Of a stretch of DNA of 32,000 nt, positions 21,812 to 29,106 are shown one piece after another. The DNA lies in the NCBI RefSeq assembly GCF_000025505.1, contig NC_013849.1, forward strand, positions 1,740,001 to 1,772,000, written 5' to 3'. Each line of letters begins with the position of its first letter. Position 1 is the first letter of the stretch. The notes beneath the pieces are model-generated. The model saw only the letters and a list, made by a program, of their open reading frames with translations, did no database searches and was not told the DNA's origin. The translations under genes and the position numbers were made by a program. Source of the stretch: Ferroglobus placidus DSM 10642 (GTDB lineage Archaea > Halobacteriota > Archaeoglobi > Archaeoglobales > Archaeoglobaceae).

Positions 21812-22018
21812 TTAAAGGTGAAGTTCGGCAGTGCTCAAAGCCTTCTTAAGCTCCTCGAAGCTCTCTGAATCCATTTCTAAGGTTATGCTGTTTCCGATTC
21901 TCAAAACTGCTTTGTCGCTGAATTTCTCGACGCTCACGCCCCCTTCATATACATAGACGCCGATCTCCGCCAAACCATCTTTTCCGCTCACTTCCAACTT
22001 CGCCTTAACCCATCTCAT
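21812..22018 (-). CDS. Small element protein, unknown
   Basis: 68 aa ORF in a tightly packed operon. Confidence 0.5.
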   Translation of the reverse strand: MRWVKAKLEVSGKDGLAEIGVYVYEGGVSVEKFSDKAVLRIGNSITLEMDSESFEELKKALSTAELHL

Positions 22019-22236
22019 ACCTTCTCACCTCCTCTCCTTTTTCTTCCTCCCCTTTTAACGGGAGGAGCGTAATCCGGGCATATTTTAGCACGTCCGCAAC
22101 TCACGACAACTTTCCAACGGAAGCAGTAAACGTAACCGGGTGTTTCCGCTTTCGAAGATTCCAAACAGTTAAAGCAATTCTGTTTTGGCTTCTTCTCCCT
22201 CTTCTGCTTCCGAACAACCTTAACGGGAGAGATCAA
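22015..22236 (-). CDS. Small zinc-binding-like protein
   Basis: Cys-rich CFNCLESSKAETPGYVYCFRWKVVVSCGRAKICPDYAPP; 4-bp overlap with next gene. Confidence 0.55.
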   Translation of the reverse strand: MISPVKVVRKQKREKKPKQNCFNCLESSKAETPGYVYCFRWKVVVSCGRAKICPDYAPPVKRGGRKRRGGEKV

Positions 22237-22242
22237 TGAAGC

Positions 22243-22482
22243 TCACCCACTAAGGTCGTATTCGATTTCTTCCGCTTCCTCCACCTTAGGTTTTGATTCC
22301 CGGACCCAGAAAGCACCTACTTCTTTCCATCCGTCTCCTTCCCTGATCACCAATCGAAAATCAGGCTGTGATTTGCTCGATTTCTTCTCGTTCTTGAAGA
22401 GAAACGCCTCCCTCTCCCCCAAAACTCCGAAATCCAGATATCCGGCTAAAAACTTCTTACCGTTTCCTCCCACCTCTACCAC
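22243..22482 (-). CDS. Small protein with weak DUF736-like pattern
   Basis: FLFKNEKKSSKSQPDFRLVIREGDGWKEVGAFWVRES. Confidence 0.45.
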   Translation of the reverse strand: MVEVGGNGKKFLAGYLDFGVLGEREAFLFKNEKKSSKSQPDFRLVIREGDGWKEVGAFWVRESKPKVEEAEEIEYDLSG

Positions 22483-22903
22483 CTCCTAAGGGGTTTTCCT
22501 CCCTTGAGGGAGGAGCTTGAGAGATGAAACGGGAGAAAATATACTCTCCGAACTCTTCAACGCTTCCGGAGAAGACGGGGAGAAGTTGAGAAGCCTTCAA
22601 AAAGGGAGAGGATTCAACTTTTTGAGAAGTGTCATACTCATAGAGTTTGACCTGATCTCCTTCCCTTTCGATGTAAAATAGGGGGACCCTCAAGCATCGA
22701 GCTATTTTTTTGAGAGTTACAGCTTGATAGCCTCTTATCCTCAGATGACCGTTCTTTTCCTCGAATATTGCCACTATTCTTGGACCTACTTCCAAAACTG
22801 CGTCGATGTTTGTTATGACGACCTTTCCGGATCTATCTTTGTAAGGCTGAAGAGCTTCCCAGAGGGTGTTTTCGATGTATTGACCGCAGTGAGGACACTT
22901 CAT
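22457..22903 (-). CDS. Zinc-ribbon protein with possible PD-(D/E)XK nuclease-like core
   Basis: MKCPHCGQYI at N-terminus; NIDAVLEVGPRIVAIFEEKNGHLRIRG has D...ExK spacing. Confidence 0.45.
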   Translation of the reverse strand: MKCPHCGQYIENTLWEALQPYKDRSGKVVITNIDAVLEVGPRIVAIFEEKNGHLRIRGYQAVTLKKIARCLRVPLFYIEREGDQVKLYEYDTSQKVESSPFLKASQLLPVFSGSVEEFGEYIFSRFISQAPPSREENPLGGGRGGRKR

Positions 22904-25551
22904 CAGCTCATCACCTCGGACATGTCCCAGCTCTCGTAATCTCCCTTAGAATCGAATTCTTCCTCCTCTGAACCGGTAAGGAAGTTGACGAATTCGGAAA
23001 ATGAGACAACAGCAGCCCAAGGAGTCTTATTTCCAATTCTAACCTTTCCATATCTCCACCCGAACCTCTCAGCTAAGGATTTGAGGGAATCGACCGGCAG
23101 ATCTTTGAGCACTTTCAAAACCGAGTTTGTTATCACGACGTCCTCTCCTTTCAGGAAAGCCCACGGAATGAAGTTCTCCTTTAGCAAAGCCTCAAGCCTA
23201 TACCTCAAGTCCGGAGCGTAAGAAGTTCCGTTCTCCAACACAACCTCAACCTTAGAAACATGCTTCGAATACCTGGAGTTGATGTCTTCAAGGAGCTTCG
23301 ACCTGATTTCTTCGTTGATTATCTCGGTTATTTCCTCCAAACTTTCTCCTTTATGCTCTTCTTCGATCCACTCCGGAATTTCAAGCTCAGCAAACTCGAA
23401 AGCCTCTCTAAGGAGTTGAGAGGAAAGTTCCCTCCAGTCTTTTTTGAGGAGTTCCGGATTTTCGGAAATTCTCCTGAAAACGAAATACCCTAAAAACCTC
23501 AGGTCGTAAATCCTCGGTAAAACTTCCCTTTCGAACTCTCTAGCCTTATCCTCCTTCACCCTGTCGGAAATCGTGAAGAGAATTCCGATGAACCTCCTTA
23601 GCAAAGCGTCATCAGCCGGGTAAGCTTTGTTTGTCGTGAAAATCATCGGAGACAAAGCCGGCTCTTCGACGTAAACTCCCTGAACGTATCTTCCTCTTGC
23701 GAAGAGCGTTTCAATCGAGGATTTCAGAACTTCCCTGATCGAGTCCTTGGCTAAAACTTCAGCAACCTCGTTTATCAAAACCGGGAAAGTGCTTTCGGAA
23801 ACTACTTTCCCGAATCTTGGAACCGTGTCGATATGGCTTCCTCCCTTCTCCTCCGGAGGGAGATTCCAGATCGCTCTTATTATCTTCCCTAAGGTGGATT
23901 TGCCGGTGGAAGCCGAACCGTGTAGTAAAAGCCAAGGAAAGTGGATTCCGTAAGTTCCCCTTATCTGTTTGATCGCATAAGAGAAAGGAGCGATTATTCC
24001 CCATTTTATGACGGTGGTGAACCTTTCGGCTAAGTGCTTATACCACTCCTCCCTTAGCTCTCTAAGGAGGAGAAGAGCTTTCCTGAGGTCTTCCTTCGTG
24101 AATTTTTCAGCGTTCCACTTTACAGCTTTTATTTCTCCGTCGATGTAGTAGAAACCGGGTTTTTCGAGCTCTCTTCTTATTTCAGCTTTCCCGTTCCTTA
24201 TGAAAGCGATGATCAAAGAGGAGAGAGCATCATCAACCAATCTCTTGTGCTTAACGACAGCTTCAGCTTTAAGCCTTGAAGCTATCGTTTCGAGATCTGC
24301 CGGACCTATTGTTTTCTTCAATAATCCATCGAATTCTATTTCGAACTTCCTGACTCCTCCGAGGGGATCCTCGTAAACGACAACCCTAACAGGACAGCAT
24401 TCAGCTATCAATTCTTTGTAAACAATTCCTCCGTTCTTTGAATCTTCGTAAGCTCTGGCAATTATCCCCTTTCTCGGATTTGCGACGTAGTAGAGCTTTC
24501 TTGAGAAGTCAATCAAGCTGAAAATGGAGTCTCGGAAGGGGGAAGATCTTCCCAGCTTCTCCTCAAGCCTCCTTATCAGTTCTAAGGATTTTTCCTCTCC
24601 GAAGAGCTTTTCCGCTATTTCTTGTAAACCTGTCTTACCTTTCAACTCTTCTTCACTCGGTGGATTTCCCCTTAGTCCGTAGGTCCTATCCAAAACATAG
24701 ATTCTGAGGTCTCTTTCCTCATCCTTTTCCGAAAGCAGATCGACGATTTTCTTCGCCGATTTGTAACTTATTCCGGCTTTCCTCAACCAGCCCGTGAGGA
24801 AGAGAATGATGTAATTCCTGAATCCAGGTCGATAAATCGGCTTGAGCAAATTGACGATTTCCAGAATTTCGGATTCGGAAAGCTCTCTTTCATCCTTGGA
24901 CGTCAAAGAATCTTTGGCTGAAATTTCTTCTGTTAATCCCTCTTCTGGAAGAGTCTCGTTCCTCTCCAGAATTCTAAGGAGGGTGAGGTATTCCTCCCAG
25001 CTCAATTCAGCTATCTTTTCAGGTTTGTTAACGAAACGATATTGTTTCCCGGAGGGATGAGGGGAAGGAGGAGCGACGACGAAACCTCCTTCGGCTCTTA
25101 TGTCGATCCCTTCTCTTATTCCTATCCTGTTGTGGAAGAGTTTAGGATCCGGATCCTTAACCCTTAGATAATAGTGGAAACCTTTCCCGGTCTCAACTAC
25201 CCAGGTGTTGATGAACTTCTCGTATAGGTTGCTATCCGATTCGTAAAGTTCGGCTAAGAAGTCGGATAAAACCTCTCTGTTGTCGAAATCGATCACTGCC
25301 AAATTTCCGGAAACGCTTCCGGTTACGATGGCTATTCCGATCTTGTTTCCCTTCCTTATGGCTTCAAACTGCTCTGGATTTTCAAACCAGCTCCTAACCT
25401 CTTCTAAGGTGGGAGGAGAGAGCTGGTATTTCTTCCAGTCCACTAAAGCTGGCTTTCTCGATCTGCCATCGGGTAACCTGATTAAAGCGACGGGGATAAC
25501 CGAAAATCCTTCCCGGAGGTATTCCTCAGCAGCTTTTAATAACTCCTCCAT
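22903..25551 (-). CDS. Replication protein: Prim-Pol domain plus P4/SF3-like helicase domain
   Basis: 882 aa. GNLAVIDFD (DxD) and WVVETGKGFHYYLRV in the N-terminus; Walker A LLHGSASTGKSTLG, Walker B-like FPVLINEVAEVL, ADDALLRRF. Confidence 0.85.
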   Translation of the reverse strand: MEELLKAAEEYLREGFSVIPVALIRLPDGRSRKPALVDWKKYQLSPPTLEEVRSWFENPEQFEAIRKGNKIGIAIVTGSVSGNLAVIDFDNREVLSDFLAELYESDSNLYEKFINTWVVETGKGFHYYLRVKDPDPKLFHNRIGIREGIDIRAEGGFVVAPPSPHPSGKQYRFVNKPEKIAELSWEEYLTLLRILERNETLPEEGLTEEISAKDSLTSKDERELSESEILEIVNLLKPIYRPGFRNYIILFLTGWLRKAGISYKSAKKIVDLLSEKDEERDLRIYVLDRTYGLRGNPPSEEELKGKTGLQEIAEKLFGEEKSLELIRRLEEKLGRSSPFRDSIFSLIDFSRKLYYVANPRKGIIARAYEDSKNGGIVYKELIAECCPVRVVVYEDPLGGVRKFEIEFDGLLKKTIGPADLETIASRLKAEAVVKHKRLVDDALSSLIIAFIRNGKAEIRRELEKPGFYYIDGEIKAVKWNAEKFTKEDLRKALLLLRELREEWYKHLAERFTTVIKWGIIAPFSYAIKQIRGTYGIHFPWLLLHGSASTGKSTLGKIIRAIWNLPPEEKGGSHIDTVPRFGKVVSESTFPVLINEVAEVLAKDSIREVLKSSIETLFARGRYVQGVYVEEPALSPMIFTTNKAYPADDALLRRFIGILFTISDRVKEDKAREFEREVLPRIYDLRFLGYFVFRRISENPELLKKDWRELSSQLLREAFEFAELEIPEWIEEEHKGESLEEITEIINEEIRSKLLEDINSRYSKHVSKVEVVLENGTSYAPDLRYRLEALLKENFIPWAFLKGEDVVITNSVLKVLKDLPVDSLKSLAERFGWRYGKVRIGNKTPWAAVVSFSEFVNFLTGSEEEEFDSKGDYESWDMSEVMS

Positions 25552-25707
25552 TCCTGATTACCTCCCTCAGTAAGCAGAATTCGGAGAGGAAGTAACCGCA
25601 AAGAGTAGAATCGGTTCGACAGATCGAGGGAAGATCCGATAACTTTATAACGGTGCATTTCCTCCTTTTCTTAGGGATCAGCACACTTCCAGGGGTTTGC
25701 GACCTTC

Positions 25708-25923
25708 TCATCCTTGATCCTCCCTTATTTTTTCAAAATCGACTCCGAGAAACATGGCATAGTGTTCGATTGCTCTTCTTAGAATCTCAGAAACGGATTG
25801 ATGGGCTATAGGCTTCGAATATTCTCCTCTAAGGATGAGTTCGAGGAGTTTAGCGTGTTCTGGGTAAACTGTGGCTGTGATCTGGATTTTGTTCCACTTG
25901 GTTTGGATCCCGACCATTTTCAC
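25708..25923 (-). CDS. Ribbon-helix-helix-like regulator, divergent from the wHTH gene
   Basis: KIQITATVYPEHAKLLELIL...HQSVSEILRRAIEHY. Confidence 0.55.
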   Translation of the reverse strand: MKMVGIQTKWNKIQITATVYPEHAKLLELILRGEYSKPIAHQSVSEILRRAIEHYAMFLGVDFEKIREDQG

Positions 25924-25931
25924 TCACCTAT

Positions 25932-26000
25932 TGAAGTTACTCACACTTTGAAGAAATTTGGATAACAATATTTAAATACTTTTCGATGTGAGTAACTTCA
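25932..26000. promoter_or_regulatory. Divergent control region with perfect 14-bp inverted repeat
   Basis: TGAAGTTACTCACA (25932-25945) and TGTGAGTAACTTCA (25987-26000) around TATA-like atatttaaata. Confidence 0.75.
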
Positions 26001-26572
26001 TGAGTCGAGAAACTATAGGGTTGATTGTTGAAGCTTTATCAGAAGGTCCTAGGGGGTGGAAAGAGTTAAAGGAAAGAACTGGTCTTTCAGATGGGACTTT
26101 AGCCAAGTATTTAAAAAAATTAATTGAAGAAGGTCTCATATCAGAAGAGATTGATAAAAAAGATCGAAGAAAGAAAATCTACAAGCTAATACCCACTGAA
26201 AAAACGTTTGAGTTATCTTTGCAAAGAGTTATTGCTAAACTATTTTTGATTTATTTAAGGTCAGTTTTGGAAGAAAATGAAAAGATGGAAGACCTTGAGA
26301 GAAAAACTGGTAAAATTGTTTTGATCTGCCTCTTTGGAGGCGATAGAGGTAAGGAAATCTGCAGAATTATGGTGGAAAACTTCCAAGAATTTATGAAGGA
26401 CTTAGAGAGCGATATTCCTGAACGTTACAATAGAGAGTTTAATGAATTATGGGAAGACTTCTCTAAAGAAATAATGGAGTTGTTTAAATCTGAACTCAGA
26501 ATAGATCCCAAACTTCTCGATCCTAAGAAGTATTGGATAAGGTTCGACATAGATACTACTGAAGATGACTAA
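26000..26572 (+). CDS. Winged-HTH transcriptional regulator of the element
   Basis: MSRETIGLIVEALSEGPRGWKELKERTGLSDGTLAKYLKKLIEEGLISEE; track start is GTG 25988, ATG at 26000 is equally possible. Confidence 0.75.
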   Translation: MSRETIGLIVEALSEGPRGWKELKERTGLSDGTLAKYLKKLIEEGLISEEIDKKDRRKKIYKLIPTEKTFELSLQRVIAKLFLIYLRSVLEENEKMEDLERKTGKIVLICLFGGDRGKEICRIMVENFQEFMKDLESDIPERYNREFNELWEDFSKEIMELFKSELRIDPKLLDPKKYWIRFDIDTTEDD

Positions 26573-26613
26573 AATCCATTTCAAAAATTTTGTATAAAAT
26601 AATTTTTTAAATC

Positions 26614-26893
26614 TGTTCCACGGGAATAACAGAGCTTTATTCCGAAAACTAAGGGAGAATATTGCCTAGATTTTAAAACAACCTATGTTCCGCAATATGG
26701 AACCTTACGGAACAAGGTTATTTTCCCTCAGTTTTCGATTTGGAGTGATTTGATGGGTTTTTTGATGTTGTGTTCCGCACCTTATTAGAGGATACCCCAA
26801 ACTTTTTGATGAGTTCACAATTCTTTACGGAACAGTGGAACAATGGAACACTAAGAATGGGTGGAACCTACGGAACAACGGAACATTGGAACA
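26614..26893 (+). promoter_or_regulatory. Iteron-like repeat region, candidate replication origin or operator cluster
   Basis: YGGAACA at 26708, 26828, 26836, 26844, 26871, 26879, 26887; TGTTCCR at 26614, 26686, 26771; inverted repeat 26643-26661 / 26719-26737. Confidence 0.7.
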
Positions 26894-27008
26894 TTTTAAT
26901 TCATATTTTATTAAATTAAAAAGAAAGAAACTCTCTCTCATCCCTTAGTGTTCGCATGCCAAACTTGAAATCCCAAACCCTTTTAACATTCTTGATGAAT
27001 TAAGAAAC

Positions 27009-27227
27009 ATGCAAGAAGCGAAGGTGAAGGAAGTCATCTTCCTTGTCGAGGAGACGGATGAAGGATTTACGGCGAGGGCTTTAGATTACTCGATCTACAC
27101 TGAAGCCGATACGCTTGATGAGCTAAAGGAAATGATCAAGGATGCCGTGAAATGCCATTTTGATGAAGAGGAGAGACCGAGAATCATCCGACTTCACATC
27201 GTTAAGCAAGAGGTTTTGACGTTATGA
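27009..27227 (+). CDS. hicB: HicB-like antitoxin
   Basis: VIFLVEETDEGFTARALDYSIYTEADTLDELKEMIKDAVKCHFDEEERP. Confidence 0.75.
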   Translation: MQEAKVKEVIFLVEETDEGFTARALDYSIYTEADTLDELKEMIKDAVKCHFDEEERPRIIRLHIVKQEVLTL

Positions 27228-27466
27228 AGCTTCCGAGAGACATTAGCGGTCTGGAACTTGCGAAACTCCTTAGGAAATTCGGTTACGAAATTACAAGACA
27301 GACTGGAAGCCACATTCGTCTTACTACCCGTTTGAAGGGAGAACATCACATCACGATCCCGAAACATAGAAATCTCAAACCGGGAACGTTAAACGCCATT
27401 TTGAAGGATGTTGCCGATCATTTAAGAATCGATAAAAAGGAACTGATACGGGAATTGTTCGGATAG
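27224..27466 (+). CDS. hicA: HicA-like toxin (mRNA interferase family)
   Basis: PRDISGLELAKLLRKFGYEITRQTGSHIRLTTRLKGEHHITIPKHRNLKPGTLNAILKDVADHL with conserved GSHIR histidine. Confidence 0.88.
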   Translation: MKLPRDISGLELAKLLRKFGYEITRQTGSHIRLTTRLKGEHHITIPKHRNLKPGTLNAILKDVADHLRIDKKELIRELFG

Positions 27467-27503
27467 TCGCAACTTTTATTTTTATTCACACGTATGAATC
27501 AAT

Positions 27504-27711
27504 ATGCCCCGTCAAAGTCAGGACAAGGTGAAATTAACATTAACCATAAATAAAAACGTTCTCGAACGAGCTAAGGAATTAATCCCCAACCTTAGCGCCT
27601 TCGTCGAAATGAAGCTTCGAGAATACGTAATTTTGGCAGAACACGGGTTATTCGACGAAAATGGAACGGGCCGGGAGGGATTTGAACCCCCGACCGCGGG
27701 ATTAAGAGTCC
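27504..27711 (+). CDS. int(N): N-terminal part of the partitioned integrase
   Basis: MPRQSQDKVKLTLTINKNVLERAKELIPNLSAFVEMKLREYVILAEHGLFDENGTGREGFEPPTAGLRV; joins in frame to int(C) via the 49-bp att (208+851 nt = 353 codons). Confidence 0.85.
27663..27711 (+). repeat. Right attachment site (att), inside tRNA-Lys
   Basis: 49 bp identical to 19031-19079; ends in the anticodon loop region. Confidence 0.93.
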
Positions 27712-27740
27712 CGCGCTCTACCTGGCTAAGCTACCGGCCC
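27668..27740 (-). tRNA. tRNA-Lys(CTT)
   Basis: GGGCCGG...GCTTAGCCAGGTAGAGC...CGGGA-CTCTTAA-TCCCG...GGTTCAAATCC...CCGGCCC folds as a cloverleaf with anticodon CTT. Confidence 0.95.
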
Positions 27741-27798
27741 ACTAAAAACTAAGCTCGTTTCTCGATTTATCAAGTTTTTGGTAATTGAAAAAGCCCTG

Positions 27799-28435
27799 TC
27801 AACTTAACCACCTCAGATGATTGTAATAGAGCATGAAGAGTTTGCAGAATAGATTCCAGTTTTTAATTGGATTTTTAGTGGAAATCGAACAGAAGAACAG
27901 CTTAACTCTCTGTTTAAATGAGCTGAACGTCGCTTCAACCAGACTTCTCTTTCCGAAAGGTTTCATGCTTAAATTCCAAGCCTAAACTTTCTATTGCTTT
28001 TCTCAGCCATGGTGCTTTGTCTATCAAAAACTTGGGTTCGTTCTCGCAGTAATTAAGAACTTCTTTGACGAAAGACCTTGCTGTAAGAATGTTTCTCGTC
28101 GTGTAAACCCTCATTAAAATCAGCTCGTTCCTTTCAACGTCTACCGCGGCAAAAATGTAGAACTTCTTTTTGTTAGCTTTGACAATCGTTTCATCTATTG
28201 CAACAAGATTTCTCCGCTTCTTCTCAGTAGAAATTGGTAACTTCTCTTCAAACTTCTTTATCCATTTCCACACAGCCGTATGGGAGACCGGACGAAACTC
28301 CGAGAGAATTTTAACCGTTCTCCTCGTCGAAGAAGTTTGAACGTAAGTGGCTACGCCAAGAATTCTAATGTCGTTCGGAACTCTTTCCCTCTCAAACAAC
28401 TCAAGCTCCTCTATAAGCTTCTTCAACTTCATCAA
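27799..28435 (-). pseudogene. DDE transposase (IS6-like), single-nt frameshift
   Basis: HTAVWKWIKKFEEKL...RRNLVAIDETIVK...FYIFAAVDVERNELI...FLIDKAPWLRKAIESLGLEFKHETF; removing g27955 continues GKRSLVEATFSSFKQRVKLFFCSISTKNPIKNWNLFCKLFMLYYNHLRWLS*. Confidence 0.8.
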
Positions 28436-28524
28436 AATTGTCTGAATAATATTCTGGGAAGGTAAAGTTTACGGGTCTGAAAGGTAAGCGTACAAGAACG
28501 GAGTCCTACGGAAAGAGTTAGCGA

Positions 28525-29106
28525 TCATCCTAACTTTTCTCCAAAAAGATACCACGCCGCAAAAACTGCTATGGAAAGCCCAACGCCGATGCTTATTCCT
28601 TCCGCGAGGGCGGATTTCACCTCAGCAGAGAGATTCGTAACGTCTATTAACAAAACCATTGAGATGAGAAGAATAATAAGGGTCAGGAAATTCTTCATCT
28701 TCTCCTCGATAGCGAACCTCTCAATCAGCCTTGTAATCGCTATGAAAACGAACACTATAAGAAGAAGAACGCTGAGAACTCTCGAAAAATAGTCGAGGAT
28801 CGAATTTGCGGTATCGATAAATTCCGGAAAAAGTAAACCGACGATTGAGTAAAAAGCCGTTAGAGCTACTGCCATGTTAACGATCCAGAGAATTATCGAT
28901 GTAAAAGAGATCGACACGCCTAAAGTTCTAACAAGCGGCTCGAATATCTTCTCAACATCTAGCGTGGAGAATATCCTCGTCAACGCTCTGTTCAAAATTA
29001 CCGCAAAGACGAAGAAGACGCAAATGATAACTATAGCACCTAACAATTTTGGAGCGAGCATTTCGATGTCTTTTAGCGCGAGCATCACGGCTTCACGCAG
29101 ATCCAT
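28525..29106 (-). CDS. Multi-TM membrane protein (MscS-like TM region, no channel domain evident)
   Basis: 193 aa with about four to five hydrophobic segments. Confidence 0.6.
   Translation of the reverse strand: MDLREAVMLALKDIEMLAPKLLGAIVIICVFFVFAVILNRALTRIFSTLDVEKIFEPLVRTLGVSISFTSIILWIVNMAVALTAFYSIVGLLFPEFIDTANSILDYFSRVLSVLLLIVFVFIAITRLIERFAIEEKMKNFLTLIILLISMVLLIDVTNLSAEVKSALAEGISIGVGLSIAVFAAWYLFGEKLG

Larger units (their letters stand above)
19031..27711. mobile_element. Integrated archaeal virus/plasmid-like element in tRNA-Lys(CTT), 8632-bp unit between att copies
   Basis: 49-bp identical direct repeats at both ends, partitioned integrase, intact tRNA at right end and tRNA 3'-fragment at left end, replication protein, small regulators, HicBA-like pair. 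Confidence 0.9.

Noticed and set aside
23747-25060. Minor ORFs inside the replicase gene (23747-23953, 23759-24004, 24842-25060 and others)
   Set aside because: Nested in the 882-aa replicase without RBS or domain support.
26821-26893. CRISPR-like array
   Set aside because: The repeats are only 7-8 bp with no spacer-length unit; consistent with iterons or operators, not CRISPR.
27504-27752. Standalone 82-aa protein ending STWLSYRPTKN
   Set aside because: The C-terminal residues after the att are antisense tRNA-Lys sequence; the functional unit is int(N) that joins int(C) after excision.
28280-28465. Plus-strand 61-aa ORF
   Set aside because: Antisense to the transposase pseudogene.
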